In this document: piece by piece, positions 39,580 to 50,344 of the stretch
How the letters are laid out: each line of letters starts with the position of its first letter
Numbering within the stretch: the stretch's first letter is position 1
The notes under the pieces: generated by a model
What the model was told of the DNA's origin: nothing
Database searches by the model: none
What the model saw: the letters and a program-made list of their open reading frames with translations, nothing else
Made by a program: the position numbers and the translations under genes
Assembly: GCA_035280025.1 (NCBI GenBank)
Contig: DATEGT010000046.1
Span: forward strand, 26,153-90,152
DNA: 64,000 nt
From: Burkholderiales bacterium
GTDB lineage: Bacteria; Pseudomonadota; Gammaproteobacteria; Burkholderiales; SG8-39
Direction of reading: 5' to 3'

Positions 39580-40851
39580 TCAGTTCCGCTGAGCCCCGGA
39601 CCCCCGCAAGACTTCCGCAACGGTATGGAAGGATCCAAAGACTACGATTCTATCATTTTCGCCTGCGCGTTTCCGCGCAGCGACGTAGGCATCGAGCGGG
39701 TTTCCGAAGCACGCGACCTTTCCGCCTGCCCCCGCGCGGCCCAGGGCCTCGGCCAGCGTGCTCGCTTTCGCGCCTCGGGGGACCGCAAGGTCCGCGGCGA
39801 ACCAGGCGGAGAACCTGTCCTTCAGCGCTCTGCACACGCCTTCGATGTCCTTGTCCTGGAGCATTCCGAATACGGCGTAGGTTTCGGGATAGAAACCCAT
39901 CGCGCCGAGATTGTCGGCCAGCACGCGCGCCGCCTGCGGGTTGTGCGCGACGTCCAGAATCACGGCCGGCCGGCCGGGGAGAACCTGGAAGCGGCCGGGA
40001 AGCTCCACGCGGGCGAGACCGGTACGCACGTCCTGCATGGCCACGGGCAGCCGCGGGCGAAGCTCCTCCAGCGCTGCGAGCGCGGCAGCCGCGTTGGCGA
40101 GTTGGCGCTCTCCTCTCAGGGCCGGCGCCGCCAGGCCGCCGCGACGCCCGTTCGAACCCCAGTACGTCCATTGCTGGCCTTGCCGCCGGAACCCGAAGTC
40201 GCGACCGATCACGCGCAAGCTCGCCCCGATCGAGCCCGCGTGATCGAGGACGCTGCGCGGCGGGTCCGCATCCGCGACGATCGCGGGCTTGCCGGCGCGG
40301 AATATCCCGGCCTTCTCGGCGCCGATGCGCTCGCGCGTGTCTCCCAGATAGTCCATGTGATCGAGATCGACGGACGTCAGCAGCGCGCAGTCGGTGTCGA
40401 ACGCGTTGACCGCGTCGAGCCGTCCCCCGAGCCCCACCTCGAGGATCACGGCGTCCAGGCGTTCGGAGGCGAATATCTCCCACGCCGCGAGCGTGCCGAA
40501 CTCGAAGTACGTCAGCATCACTTCCCCGCGCGCGCTCTCGACCGATTCGAACGCCGTGCACAGCCGCCCGTCGCCCACGGGAACTCCGCCCAGGCGAACG
40601 CGCTCGTTGTAGCTCAGCAGATGCGGAGACGTGTACAGCCCGACCTTGTATCCGGCCGCGAGCAGGATGGATTCGAGCATCGCGCAGGTCGAGCCCTTGC
40701 CGTTGGTGCCCGCGACGGTGAAAAGTACGGCCGGGCTCGACTTCCCCAGCGCGTCGCGCGCCTTGGCCACCCGCTCGAGCCCGAGCTGGATCGACTTCGG
40801 GTGTATCCGCTCGATGTAGTCGAGCCAATCGGCGAGACTGCGCCCGGGCAT
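39580..40851 (-). CDS. folC: Bifunctional folylpolyglutamate synthase / dihydrofolate synthase
   Basis: Mur-ligase P-loop VAGTNGKGST, 423 aa. accD-folC adjacency. Confidence 0.9.
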   Translation of the reverse strand: MPGRSLADWLDYIERIHPKSIQLGLERVAKARDALGKSSPAVLFTVAGTNGKGSTCAMLESILLAAGYKVGLYTSPHLLSYNERVRLGGVPVGDGRLCTAFESVESARGEVMLTYFEFGTLAAWEIFASERLDAVILEVGLGGRLDAVNAFDTDCALLTSVDLDHMDYLGDTRERIGAEKAGIFRAGKPAIVADADPPRSVLDHAGSIGASLRVIGRDFGFRRQGQQWTYWGSNGRRGGLAAPALRGERQLANAAAALAALEELRPRLPVAMQDVRTGLARVELPGRFQVLPGRPAVILDVAHNPQAARVLADNLGAMGFYPETYAVFGMLQDKDIEGVCRALKDRFSAWFAADLAVPRGAKASTLAEALGRAGAGGKVACFGNPLDAYVAARKRAGENDRIVVFGSFHTVAEVLRGSGAQRN

Positions 40852-40862
40852 GACACGCTGAC

Positions 40863-41732
40863 TCAGACCGGAGATTGAGCCTGGCGCAGCAGGAGGGTGA
40901 GGAGATTGGCGAGCTTGTCGCGCATCTGGCGGCGGTCGACGATCATGTCGATTGCGCCTTTTTCGAGCAGGAATTCGGCGCGCTGAAAGCCTTCGGGCAG
41001 CTTCTCGCGCACGGTCTGCTCGATCACGCGCGGGCCCGCGAAGCCGATCAGGGCGCGAGGCTCCGCGATGACCACGTCTCCGATCATGGCGAAGCTGGCC
41101 GACACGCCGCCCATGGTGGGATCGGTGAGCACCGAGACGAACGGGAGCCTGTGGGAGCCGAGCTGCGTGAGCGCGGCCGTGGTCTTCGCCATCTGCATCA
41201 GGGAAAACAAGCCTTCCTGCATGCGGGCACCTCCGGTCGCCGTTACGCAGACCAGGGGAAGATTCTGATCCAGGCAGGCGTGCACGCCCCGCACGAACCG
41301 TTCACCCACCGCGGAGCCCATCGACCCGCCCATGAACTCGAACTCGAAGGCGGCCGCGACGACCCCTACGTTCTTGATCGCGCCCTGCATGACGATCAGC
41401 GCATCGGTCTCGCCGGTCGTTCTTTCGGCGTCTTCGAGGCGATCGGGATAGCGCTTGTCGTCCTTGAACTTCAGGCTGTCGACCGGAGTGACCTCGACGC
41501 CGATTTCGAAGCGGCCTTCGGGATCCAGAAGGAGATCGAGCCTCTCGCGCGCCGATATGCGGTTGTGGTAGCCGCACTTCGGACACACGTTGGCGTTCTT
41601 CTCGAGATCGGTGGCGTACAGCACCGCGGCGCACGAGGAGCACTTGCTCCACAGGCCTTCCGGAACGTTCTTCTTCGTACCGGTGCCGGTTCGGTTGATC
41701 TTCGGCGGCAGCAGCTTTTGCAGCCAGCTCAT
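40863..41732 (-). CDS. accD: Acetyl-CoA carboxylase carboxyltransferase beta subunit
   Basis: Zinc ribbon CSSC..CPKC plus a carboxyltransferase domain. Confidence 0.95.
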   Translation of the reverse strand: MSWLQKLLPPKINRTGTGTKKNVPEGLWSKCSSCAAVLYATDLEKNANVCPKCGYHNRISARERLDLLLDPEGRFEIGVEVTPVDSLKFKDDKRYPDRLEDAERTTGETDALIVMQGAIKNVGVVAAAFEFEFMGGSMGSAVGERFVRGVHACLDQNLPLVCVTATGGARMQEGLFSLMQMAKTTAALTQLGSHRLPFVSVLTDPTMGGVSASFAMIGDVVIAEPRALIGFAGPRVIEQTVREKLPEGFQRAEFLLEKGAIDMIVDRRQMRDKLANLLTLLLRQAQSPV

Positions 41733-42526
41733 GAGTCCATCGCTCCCCGGATTCGCTTCAGAAAAGCGGCGCCTCTTTCCACGCAGGTCTCCGGCGAGGC
41801 CTGTTCCATTTCCTGGATGATCCTGCTGCCGATCACGACCGCGTCGGCAACTCCGGCCACCGCGCGCGCGGTCTCGGCGTCTCGAATCCCGAATCCCACT
41901 CCTATGGGCAGCCGGGTCTTGCCCCGGATCGCCGGCAATCTGGCGGAGACGTCCTCCAGGTCGAAATGCTTCGCTCCGGTCACTCCGCGCAAGGCCACAT
42001 AGTAGACGTAACCGCTCGCGAGCCGCGCAACCTGCTCGATGCGGGCTTCCGTCGACGTCGGCGCGAGCAGAAATATCATGTCCATGCCGTGCGCGCGCAG
42101 CATCGCCGCGAGATCAGCGCTTTCCTCGGGCGGATAATCCACGACCAGGACGCCGTCCACCCCTGCCTTCCGTGCGGCTTCGACGAAGGGTTTCAGTCCC
42201 ATGGCTTCGATCGGATTGGCGTATCCCATCAGGACCACTGGCGTCCCGGCGTCGGTCTCGCGAAATTGGGAGACCAAGCGCACGACCTGGTCGAGTCCCA
42301 CGCGGTGTTTGAGCGCCCGCTCGCCCGAGCGCTGGATCACGGGGCCGTCGGCCATCGGATCGGAGAAGGGCACGCCCAGCTCGATTACGTCGGCCCCCGC
42401 CTCGGCGAGCGCGTGCATGAGCGGAACGGTGACGGCGGGGTTCGGGTCGCCCGCCGTCACGTACGGTATGAGCGCCTTCCTGCGTTCGCGCGCGAGTCGT
42501 TCGAAGGCGGCCTGGATCCGGGACAT
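41729..42526 (-). CDS. trpA: Tryptophan synthase alpha chain
   Basis: [26 protein letters not shown] motifs. Confidence 0.95.
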   Translation of the reverse strand: MSRIQAAFERLARERRKALIPYVTAGDPNPAVTVPLMHALAEAGADVIELGVPFSDPMADGPVIQRSGERALKHRVGLDQVVRLVSQFRETDAGTPVVLMGYANPIEAMGLKPFVEAARKAGVDGVLVVDYPPEESADLAAMLRAHGMDMIFLLAPTSTEARIEQVARLASGYVYYVALRGVTGAKHFDLEDVSARLPAIRGKTRLPIGVGFGIRDAETARAVAGVADAVVIGSRIIQEMEQASPETCVERGAAFLKRIRGAMDS

Positions 42527-42529
42527 GGC

Positions 42530-43330
42530 TCAGCGCGCCGCCGCGAATCCGTTCCCGCCGGGACGCGCTTGCTCCTCGTCGAGGCTCCTGAGGCGCTGTT
42601 TCGCGGTGGCGAAATACTCGGGATTGATCTCGAAACCGGTGAAGCTGCGGCCGTGCTTTACCGCCGCGACCGCGGTGGTCCCGCTTCCCATGAACGGGTC
42701 GAGCACATGTCCATCGGGTGGCGCGCTTGCCAGCACCATCCGCTCGATGATCTCGAGCGGCTTCTGTGTCGGATGATCCGCGCGCTCGGGATCCTGGCGG
42801 TGCAGGCGCGAAACGCTCCACAGGTCCTTGGGGTTGTAGCCGACCTCGAGCCATTTCTTGCCGACGAAGATCGACCGCGTGCGCGCTTTCTTGGTCTCGG
42901 GGTCGTAGGGAATGCGCACGCTGTCGACATCGAAATAGTAGTCGCGCGATTTCGCGAACAGGCCGATCGTGTCGTGCACGGAAGAGAATTTCCGTGTGCT
43001 CCCGCCCATGCTCGGCACCTTCCGGTCCCAGATGATCTCGTTGATCATGAGCAGGCGCGTCTTGAGGTAGCTGAAGACTTCCGGGCTGTGCTGCCAGGTG
43101 AGAAAGACGTAGAGGCTTGCGTCGGCTTTGAGCTTGGGGAGGATCGCGTCGATCCAGCGGCGGCTGAACTCGAGATACGCCTCCCCGATCAGGCGGTCCG
43201 AGTCGTTGCCGTAGTCCTTGCCCAGTCCATAGGGCGGATCGGCGACGACAAGGTCGACGCTCGCGTCGCGAACGCGCGCGATTCCCCGGAAGAAATCCAG
43301 GTTGAGCAGATTGGCGGGAGGGTCGCTCAA
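42530..43330 (-). CDS. Site-specific DNA methyltransferase, beta-class N6A/N4C (PF01555-like), orphan
   Basis: Motif IV DPPY near the N-terminus, HPTQKP, and motif I FMGSGTT near the C-terminus. The TTG start (43330) overlaps the trpB TGA. Its stop lies 3 nt before the trpA ATG. The track ORF's 55-codon upstream extension would overlap trpB. Confidence 0.85.
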   Translation of the reverse strand: MSDPPANLLNLDFFRGIARVRDASVDLVVADPPYGLGKDYGNDSDRLIGEAYLEFSRRWIDAILPKLKADASLYVFLTWQHSPEVFSYLKTRLLMINEIIWDRKVPSMGGSTRKFSSVHDTIGLFAKSRDYYFDVDSVRIPYDPETKKARTRSIFVGKKWLEVGYNPKDLWSVSRLHRQDPERADHPTQKPLEIIERMVLASAPPDGHVLDPFMGSGTTAVAAVKHGRSFTGFEINPEYFATAKQRLRSLDEEQARPGGNGFAAAR

Positions 43331-44526
43331 AACTTTATTCCCGACTTGTCGGCGACCGTGTGCATGTCCTTGTCTCCGCGACCCGAGAGATTGACGAGGA
43401 TGATCTTGTCCTTCGACAGGGTCGGGGCCAGCTTCGCCGCGTACGCCACGGCGTGCGCCGACTCGAGCGCCGGAATGATCCCCTCGTAGCGGCAAAGATC
43501 ATGGAAAGCCGCGAGCGCTTCCTTGTCGTCGACAGTCACATATTCAGCCCGGCCGGTGTCCTTCAGCCACGCGTGCTCGGGACCGACACCCGGGTAGTCG
43601 AGGCCCGCGGAGATCGAGTGCGTATCCAGGATCTGTCCGTGTTCGTCCTGCAGGAGATAGGTGCGGTTGCCGTGGAGCACGCCGGGCTTGCCCGCCGAAA
43701 GCGACGCGGCGTGCTTGCCGCTCTCGATACCGAAACCGCCCGCCTCGACGCCGATCAGCCTGACATCCTTGTGCGGAATATACGGGTAGAAGATGCCCAT
43801 CGCGTTCGAGCCGCCGCCGACGCAGGCGACGACGGCGTCCGGCTGCCGCCCGCACAGCTCGGGCATTTGGGTCAGGCACTCGCGGCCGATCACGGATTGG
43901 AAGTCACGCACCATCATCGGATAGGGGTGCGGGCCGGCGACGGTGCCGATGATGTAGAAGGTGCTGTTCACGTTGGTGACCCAGTCGCGCATCGCCTCGT
44001 TCAGGGCGTCCTTGAGAGTCTTCGAGCCGGAGTCGACGGGCACGACGGTCGCGCCGAGGAGCTTCATTCGATAGACGTTCTGCGCCTGGCGTTTCACGTC
44101 CTCCGTGCCCATGTACACCACGCACTCCAGCCCGTAGCGGGCGGCTACCGTCGCGGTCGCCACGCCGTGCATGCCGGCGCCCGTCTCGGCGATGACCCGC
44201 CGCTTGCCCATGCCGCGCGCCACCAGCGCCTGGCCGATGGTGTTGTTGATCTTGTGGGCGCCGGTGTGATTGAGGTCCTCGCGCTTGATGTAGATCTGCG
44301 CACCGCCGAGCAGCTGCGACCAGCGTTTGGCGGGATAGATCGGGCTCGGGCGGCCGACGTAGTGCTTCAGCTCATATTCGAACTCGGCGACGAACGCCGG
44401 GTCGCCGCGGCAGCGCTCGTACGCGCGCTTGAGCTCGTCGAGAGCGTGCATCAGCGTCTCGGCCACGAAAACGCCGCCGTAGGGGCCGAAATGCCCGCGC
44501 TCGTCCGGGAGATCAGCTATCTTCAC
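43327..44526 (-). CDS. trpB: Tryptophan synthase beta chain
   Basis: [12 protein letters not shown]-lysine motif, 399 aa. Confidence 0.95.
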   Translation of the reverse strand: MKIADLPDERGHFGPYGGVFVAETLMHALDELKRAYERCRGDPAFVAEFEYELKHYVGRPSPIYPAKRWSQLLGGAQIYIKREDLNHTGAHKINNTIGQALVARGMGKRRVIAETGAGMHGVATATVAARYGLECVVYMGTEDVKRQAQNVYRMKLLGATVVPVDSGSKTLKDALNEAMRDWVTNVNSTFYIIGTVAGPHPYPMMVRDFQSVIGRECLTQMPELCGRQPDAVVACVGGGSNAMGIFYPYIPHKDVRLIGVEAGGFGIESGKHAASLSAGKPGVLHGNRTYLLQDEHGQILDTHSISAGLDYPGVGPEHAWLKDTGRAEYVTVDDKEALAAFHDLCRYEGIIPALESAHAVAYAAKLAPTLSKDKIILVNLSGRGDKDMHTVADKSGIKF

Positions 44527-45136
44527 GCCTCACCGCTCCGATGAATGCCGCGACCTTCGCGGCGTCCTTGATGCCCTTGGAGGCCTCGACGCCCGTCGAC
44601 ACATCCACGGCATAGGGCCTGACGCGCCTGACGGCGCCCCCGACGTTGTCGCTCGTCAGGCCCCCCGAGAGGATGATCGGTTTCGCCGCGCTTTGCGGCA
44701 CCAGACCCCAGTCGAACGCGCCCCCGGTGCCGCCCCACAGATCCTCGTGAAAAGCGTCCAGCATCCACGCTCGCGCGTCGGCATGAGGCGACAGGTATTT
44801 TAGCAAATCCAGCCCCGGCCTTATCCGCGCCGCCTTGATGTACGGGCGCGAGAACCCCGAGCAGAAATCCGGCGTCTCGTCGCCGTGGAACTGCAGTAGC
44901 GTCACCCCGGATTCGCGAATGACGGTTTCGACCTCGTCCCGCGCCGGATTCACGAACACGGCGACCGTGGAGACGAAGGCCGGCACTGCCGCGACGATCT
45001 CGCGGGCGCGCCCGGGCGGCACGTAGCGCGGACTGGGACGGTAGAACACCAGCCCGACGGCGTCGGCGCCGTGCGCCGCCGCGGCCGCTGCGTCTTGCGG
45101 ACGGGTAATGCCGCAGATCTTGACTCGGGTTCTCAC
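44513..45136 (-). CDS. trpF: Phosphoribosylanthranilate isomerase
   Basis: VKICGIT..DAVGLVF. The GTG start at 45136 overlaps the truA TGA (GTGA). The track ORF is extended upstream. Confidence 0.88.
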   Translation of the reverse strand: MRTRVKICGITRPQDAAAAAAHGADAVGLVFYRPSPRYVPPGRAREIVAAVPAFVSTVAVFVNPARDEVETVIRESGVTLLQFHGDETPDFCSGFSRPYIKAARIRPGLDLLKYLSPHADARAWMLDAFHEDLWGGTGGAFDWGLVPQSAAKPIILSGGLTSDNVGGAVRRVRPYAVDVSTGVEASKGIKDAAKVAAFIGAVRREDS

Positions 45137-45927
45137 GCGGCGAGTCTCGGTTCGAACGGCATGATGTCGGGAAACGCCGGAAGATTCCAGCGCGCGTCGT
45201 ACTGGACTCTGGACAGATACAGCCCTTCGGCGGCGAACGTCGGCGCGGCGCGGCGGCGGTCGCGAACGGCGATCAGCTCGGCGATCCACGCTGGCCCGTG
45301 TTTACCCTTGCCGACGTAGACGAGACAGCCGACGATATTGCGGACCATATGGTGCAGGAAGGCGTTCGCGGAGAGATCGAAGAGAACATAGGGGCCGCTT
45401 GCGCGGATAGTCGCGCTTGCGACGGTTCTCACCGGGCTCTTCGCCTGGCACTCCGCGGAGCGAAAGCTCGAGAAATCGTGTTCGCCGACGAGACGACCGG
45501 CGGCATCGCGCATCTTTTCAAGATCGAGGGGCAGATGAAACCAGCCGACGCGACCGGCGAGCAGCGCCGGCCGTACCGGGTGGTTGTAGAGTACGTAACG
45601 GTAGGTTCGCGACGTCGCCGAGTAGCGCGCGTGAAAGTCCCCGTCCACCGGCGTCGCCCATTGCACCGCGATGCCGGCCGGCAGGAGCGCGTTCGCGCCT
45701 CGCACCCACGCCGACTCCGGTCGATCCGCGTCGGTCTCGAAATGAGCGACTTGAGCACTCGCGTGCACACCCGCGTCGGTGCGGCCCGCCGCGGTCAGCA
45801 CGATGCGCTCTCCGCCAATCTCCGAAAATGCCCGCTCGAGTCGGTCTTGAACGGTGTTTCCGGAGGGCTGCGATTGCCAGCCGTCGAGGCCGGCGCCGCA
45901 GTAGCTCACTCCGATGGCTAGTTTCAT
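45133..45927 (-). CDS. truA: tRNA pseudouridine(38-40) synthase
   Basis: MKLAIGVSYCGAGLDGWQSQ..AAGRTDAGVHA catalytic Asp motif. Confidence 0.9.
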   Translation of the reverse strand: MKLAIGVSYCGAGLDGWQSQPSGNTVQDRLERAFSEIGGERIVLTAAGRTDAGVHASAQVAHFETDADRPESAWVRGANALLPAGIAVQWATPVDGDFHARYSATSRTYRYVLYNHPVRPALLAGRVGWFHLPLDLEKMRDAAGRLVGEHDFSSFRSAECQAKSPVRTVASATIRASGPYVLFDLSANAFLHHMVRNIVGCLVYVGKGKHGPAWIAELIAVRDRRRAAPTFAAEGLYLSRVQYDARWNLPAFPDIMPFEPRLAA

Positions 45928-45996
45928 GTTTTGCGTTCCCGAAAACGGCAATCGGCGCACGAGGCGCCGATTGCTTGCCGAGAATTCCGGTGGAGC

Positions 45997-48993
45997 TCAG
46001 CCGAGCGCCTGGAGCATCGTCTGGGCCTGTTGCTGCTGTGCGGTGTCGCCTTCCTTGACGACCTCCTTCAGCAGCTCGCGGGCGCCGTCCTTGTCGCCCA
46101 TCTCTTCATACGCCTTTGCGAGATCGAGCTTCGTCGCGACCTCCTGCCATCGTGCATCCGGAGCACCGCCCGACCCGTTGCCGCCGGCCGCACCTGGCGT
46201 TCCCAGATCCAGATTGATGCTGCCCAGATCGAGCACCGGAGCCTTGGAGGGTTCCCCGGCGGATTCGCCAGCGGACTTCGTGCCAAGATCGAAATCGAGC
46301 GCGCCCAGCTCAAGCGACGGCGCGGCGGCGGCCGGTGCCACAGCCGCAGGCTTGTCGCTGATGGGAAGATCGAAGTCGATGCTGAGCGCAGGCTCGGGAG
46401 CAGCGGAGCTCACCGATGCAGCGGGCGCTCCCGCACCTTTGTCACCGCCAAGCCCCAGGTCGAAATCCAGGCCCGCCGGCTGGGCTGAAGGCGCTGATGC
46501 GACGCCCAAGTCGAGATCGGGCAGCGGCGCCGGCGCAGAGGTCGACGTGCCGATATCGAAATCGATATTCAGGGGAACCTCGGTGTGCGGCGCCACGGGT
46601 GCCGAGGTCGTCGGCGGGTTGAACGCCGGCATCTGCGCGGTTTCATTGAACCCTGGAGGGAGCTGGCTCGGGATCGCCGGAGCCGGGCTGCTGGGCTTGC
46701 CTCCATAAAGGGCGTTGCCGGGATCGATCGACAGTCCCAGAGCCGCGACTTTCTCCCATTCCGCCCCGCGGCCCCCGGTCGCCGAGCGCAGCTCGTTCGC
46801 CGCGGCCTCGAACGCCCGCGTGTCCTTCCGGTTCGCGTAGATTTCTAGCAGCTTGACCCTGATCGCCTGGCGGCTGGAATCCTTCGAAAGCGCGTCCTTG
46901 AGGATCTCCTCCGCCTGAGCGTCACGCCCGTAAGCCATATAGACGTCGGCTTCCGCGATCGGATCGATTTCCTCCGCCCCGGCCTTGCCGGACCCCTGGC
47001 CGAAATCGCTTTGAATCGAGCTCGAGCTCGTGTCGACGTTGCGGCCGCCGACGCTTCCCAACACGGAGTCCGCATCCGACGGCACGACGCTCATGATGCT
47101 GTTTTCGAACTGCGAGCTGCGCTTCCTGCGCCACGCATAGGCCGCGTAACCGACGAGCAGAACGGCGGCGACACCGCCGCCGCCGAGCACCATCGGGTCA
47201 CCCATCAGGTCGTCGAGGAAGCTCGCTTCGACTTGGGGTGCTGCGGCCTTCTTAGGAGCCGCCTTGGCCGCTTCGGTCTTGGTCTTGGGCGGCTCCGGAG
47301 CTTTGGTGGGTGGAACGGGTGGGGCCGCGGCTTTTGCGGCCTCCGGGGCCTTGGCGACTTCCGGGGGTTTCGCCGCCTCTGGTGCCTTCGCGGCTTCCGT
47401 TTTGGCGGCGGGAGACGGCTCAGCCTTGGCGACTACGGGAGCTTTCGCGGGCTCCGGAGCTTTGGCCGCTTCGGGGGCCTTGGCAGGTTCGGGTGCTTTT
47501 GCCGCGGACACAGCTTTCGCGGGTTCCTGCGCTCTGGCAGGTTCGGGCGCTTTGGGCGCGACCTTGGCGGGTACCGGAGCCGGCTCTACCTTCGCCGGAG
47601 GGGCCGAGGCCGCCTTGGCGGCTTCCGCCTTGGCGGCCGCCGCTTTCGCGGTTTCGGCCTGCTGCTGCAACTGCGCAGCCTGCTTGTTCTTCAGCTCGAC
47701 GAGATTCTGCAGGTCCTGCAGATTCTTCTGCAGGATAGCAATGCGCTCGTTGGCCTCTTTCAGCGCGTTGTCCTTGGCCGCAAGGTCGTCGGCGGCAACG
47801 GCTCCCGCCCCCTTTGCCCCGCGCTTCGCGTCGTCGCCGCGTGAAAGGCGCAGCTCGTCCTTGGGCAGCTCTTTGGACGGCGCAGGTTTCTCTTCCTTCG
47901 GCGGGCTGATCTGGCCCGACACCTGGCGGGCGGAGCCCTGCGGCGCGGAAGCCGACGCGACCGCGATTCCGAGGCTGCGCCGGTAATCGTTGAAATCGGC
48001 GTACTGCGCCGAAACGATGCGTCGCGCATCGGCGGGCGCGACGCTTTCGGCCGCATCCCGGTCCGGGATGTTGATGATCTTGCCGGCGCGCAACCGATTC
48101 ATGTTGTCGGCAACGAACGCGTCCGGATTGGAGCGGAACAGCGCGACCAGCATCTGTTGCAGGCTGACGCCCTCGGCCTGGTTGCGGATCGCGATTTTCG
48201 AGAGCGTGTCTCCGCGTACGACTTCGTACGTGCTTTTCACTTCGGGCTCCTGAGCCAGGTCGCCGGTCGGAGCGGGCTCGGCCCCGACCTGAGCAGGCTC
48301 GGCCCGTCTCGGCTCCACGGGCTGAACCTCGACCTGACCCGGCAGGGGAGCCGGCTCCACGGCCGCCGAAGCGTTCGGCGCAGCGGCCACGACCGCCACG
48401 CCGGGCTCCGGCGCGGCGCTCAGTGCAGGAACGTTCGGCCCGAGCGGCACCGCTGCGATCACCGGGGCCGGCTCCGCCGACGCCGCCTGGACTTCGGCCG
48501 GGGCTTCCGGTGCTGGCGCGCTCGCCTGAGGCGCAGCCTGTTCGGCCGCAGCGACCGGCGCGGCTGCCTGCGCCAGCCTCTTCGGGCCGCTGTACTCGGG
48601 GGGATCGAGGAGGAACGTGTATTCGCGGACCAGACGCCCATTGGCCCAGTTCAACTCGACCAGCATGTCGACAAAAGGCTCGTTCATCGGCTGGGGGGAG
48701 CTGAGCGTCATTACATACTGGCCGCCCTCCTTCCGCTGGACGGCGAACTTAACCGTCAGCAACGCCGGATTCATGTCGATACTCGCCTGGCGGAATACGT
48801 CGGACGGCGCAAGACGCGCACCCAGCGAGTCGCCTTCGCCGCGCTGCAAGGAAACGATCTCGATTTCCGCCTTGAGCGGCTGACCGAGCGAAGACAGCAC
48901 GGTCAATTTACCCAAGCCAGCGGCCAGCGCGAGCGAAGGCAACGCCAAGCCGGCGACCGCCACCCAAGAAGTTTTAGAGGCGAAGCTCCCCAC
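45997..48993 (-). CDS. fimV: FimV-family peptidoglycan-binding protein (type IV pilus assembly or polar organiser)
   Basis: Signal peptide, FimV N-terminal region, LysM (YEVVRGDTLSKIA), coiled coil, a low-complexity A/P/K/E region, one TM helix, TPR-like repeats, and a C-terminal FimV motif (KLDLAKAYEEMGDKDGARELL). asd-fimV-truA synteny. Confidence 0.85.
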   Translation of the reverse strand: MGSFASKTSWVAVAGLALPSLALAAGLGKLTVLSSLGQPLKAEIEIVSLQRGEGDSLGARLAPSDVFRQASIDMNPALLTVKFAVQRKEGGQYVMTLSSPQPMNEPFVDMLVELNWANGRLVREYTFLLDPPEYSGPKRLAQAAAPVAAAEQAAPQASAPAPEAPAEVQAASAEPAPVIAAVPLGPNVPALSAAPEPGVAVVAAAPNASAAVEPAPLPGQVEVQPVEPRRAEPAQVGAEPAPTGDLAQEPEVKSTYEVVRGDTLSKIAIRNQAEGVSLQQMLVALFRSNPDAFVADNMNRLRAGKIINIPDRDAAESVAPADARRIVSAQYADFNDYRRSLGIAVASASAPQGSARQVSGQISPPKEEKPAPSKELPKDELRLSRGDDAKRGAKGAGAVAADDLAAKDNALKEANERIAILQKNLQDLQNLVELKNKQAAQLQQQAETAKAAAAKAEAAKAASAPPAKVEPAPVPAKVAPKAPEPARAQEPAKAVSAAKAPEPAKAPEAAKAPEPAKAPVVAKAEPSPAAKTEAAKAPEAAKPPEVAKAPEAAKAAAPPVPPTKAPEPPKTKTEAAKAAPKKAAAPQVEASFLDDLMGDPMVLGGGGVAAVLLVGYAAYAWRRKRSSQFENSIMSVVPSDADSVLGSVGGRNVDTSSSSIQSDFGQGSGKAGAEEIDPIAEADVYMAYGRDAQAEEILKDALSKDSSRQAIRVKLLEIYANRKDTRAFEAAANELRSATGGRGAEWEKVAALGLSIDPGNALYGGKPSSPAPAIPSQLPPGFNETAQMPAFNPPTTSAPVAPHTEVPLNIDFDIGTSTSAPAPLPDLDLGVASAPSAQPAGLDFDLGLGGDKGAGAPAASVSSAAPEPALSIDFDLPISDKPAAVAPAAAAPSLELGALDFDLGTKSAGESAGEPSKAPVLDLGSINLDLGTPGAAGGNGSGGAPDARWQEVATKLDLAKAYEEMGDKDGARELLKEVVKEGDTAQQQQAQTMLQALG
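47236..47656 (-). repeat. Degenerate in-frame tandem repeats (KAPEPA / KAPEAA units) inside fimV
   Basis: Protein stretch AKAPEPAKAPEAAKAPEPAKAP..AKAPEAAKPPEVAKAPEAAKA. The DNA shows a periodic ggctccggagctttgg / ggcttc pattern. Confidence 0.6.
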
Positions 48994-49025
48994 TTGCCAC
49001 CCTAGAACCTAAGTGGAAACAAAGT

Positions 49026-49054
49026 AAAATACCATCATGGCCTTAGCCTTGCAA
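49026..49054 (-). promoter_or_regulatory. Sigma70-like promoter candidate for fimV
   Basis: Minus strand TTGCAA-N17-TATTTT in the AT-richer asd-fimV spacer. Confidence 0.4.
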
Positions 49055-49108
49055 GCTCAACTTTCACGTCGGAAATTGCCTCAACTCCTTATTTCTGCAA
49101 GAAGTTTA

Positions 49109-49131
49109 GCCGTTTCCTCTCTGGAAACGGC
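49109..49131 (-). terminator. Hairpin downstream of asd (weak terminator candidate)
   Basis: GCCGTTTCC-5 nt-GGAAACGGC, 29 nt after the asd stop. The downstream tract is only moderately T-rich. Confidence 0.35.
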
Positions 49132-49159
49132 GCAAAACCGCAAGAACTGGCGAGGCGGG

Positions 49160-50284
49160 CTAAGAGGTTGTTTCGAGGAGAATGCGCAGCATTCTTCGCA
49201 GCGGCTCGGCGGCGCCCCAGAGCAGCTGATCCCCGACGGTAAACGCCGCGAGATATGAGCCGCCAGTGCCCAATGCGAGCTTGCGAATGCGGCCGATCGG
49301 CACCTGAAGGGCTCCGCTCACCGCTGCCGGCGTGAGGTCGCGGAGGCTCGCCTCGCGCTGGTTCGGAACGACGCGTACCCAGTCGTTGGCTTCCGCGAGA
49401 ATCCGTTCGATCTCGTCGACAGGCATGTCGCGCCGCAGCTTCACCGTGAGCGCCTGGCTGTGGCAGCGCATCGCGCCGATCCTGACGCAGACGCCGTCGA
49501 TGGGAACCGGGCGATCTTCGCGGCCCAGGATCTTGTTGCCTTCGGCTTGCCCTTTCCATTCCTCGCGGCTCTGGCCGTTGCCGAGATCCTTGTCGATCCA
49601 CGGGAGGAGGCTGCCCGCGAGCGCAGATCCGAACTGCGCGTGCGGCAGGGCATCGTCGCGAAGCGCGGAGGTCACCGCCTTGTCGACGTCCAGGATCGCG
49701 CCTGCGGGATCTTCCAGCGCGGGCTTCGCGGCCTGATGCGCAAATCCCATTTGCTCCACCAGCTCGCGCATGTGTCCGGCCCCGGCACCGGAGGCCGCCT
49801 GGTAGGTCATCGCGGTAACCCATTCGATCAGGTCGGCCTTGAACAGGCCGTGCAAGCCCATGAGCATCAGGCTCACGGTGCAATTGCCGCCGATGTAGTT
49901 GCGCACGCCGCGTGCTAGCGCGCGTTCGATCAGCTCCTTGTTCACCGGATCCAGGACGATCACGGCGTCGTCGCGCATGCGCAGCGCCGACGCGGCGTCG
50001 ATCCAGTACCCCTTCCACCCCGCGGAACGCAACCGGGGAAACACCTCGTTCGTGTAATCGCCCCCCTGGCAGGACACGACCACGTCCATCGCCGCGAGCT
50101 CCTTGACGTTCTTCGCGTCCTTGAGCGGCGCGCTTTCCTTCCCGATGAACGGCCCCATCTGGCCCACCCGGGAAGTCGAGAAGAACAGCGGCTCGATGAG
50201 CGCGAAGTCACGCTCGGCGTGCATGCGCTGCATCAGCACCGACCCGACCATGCCACGCCAGCCCACGAATCCGACTCGCTTCAT
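49160..50284 (-). CDS. asd: Aspartate-semialdehyde dehydrogenase
   Basis: MKRVGFVGWRGMVGSVL N-terminus and the active-site region GGNCTVS. Confidence 0.93.
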   Translation of the reverse strand: MKRVGFVGWRGMVGSVLMQRMHAERDFALIEPLFFSTSRVGQMGPFIGKESAPLKDAKNVKELAAMDVVVSCQGGDYTNEVFPRLRSAGWKGYWIDAASALRMRDDAVIVLDPVNKELIERALARGVRNYIGGNCTVSLMLMGLHGLFKADLIEWVTAMTYQAASGAGAGHMRELVEQMGFAHQAAKPALEDPAGAILDVDKAVTSALRDDALPHAQFGSALAGSLLPWIDKDLGNGQSREEWKGQAEGNKILGREDRPVPIDGVCVRIGAMRCHSQALTVKLRRDMPVDEIERILAEANDWVRVVPNQREASLRDLTPAAVSGALQVPIGRIRKLALGTGGSYLAAFTVGDQLLWGAAEPLRRMLRILLETTS

Positions 50285-50344
50285 CTCGTTTCCCGTATCA
50301 CCTTGCACGTATCCTAACGCACGGCGCCGCCAAAAGCCTACCGC

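Noticed and set aside
42530-43495. Possibility that the methyltransferase belongs to a restriction-modification or mobile element.
   Set aside because: There is no endonuclease, specificity subunit, integrase or transposase, and no compositional break on either side. It is flanked at 0-3 nt by trpB and trpA. I treat it as an orphan MTase (see findings).
45914-48253. Several plus-strand ORFs (for example 45914..46708, 47011..47844, 47264..47986) with Ser/Ala/Gly/Arg-rich repeats.
   Set aside because: They are antisense to fimV. Their repeat structure mirrors the fimV A/P/K/E repeats. They are neither independent genes nor a CRISPR-like array, since there are no spacers or constant-length repeats.
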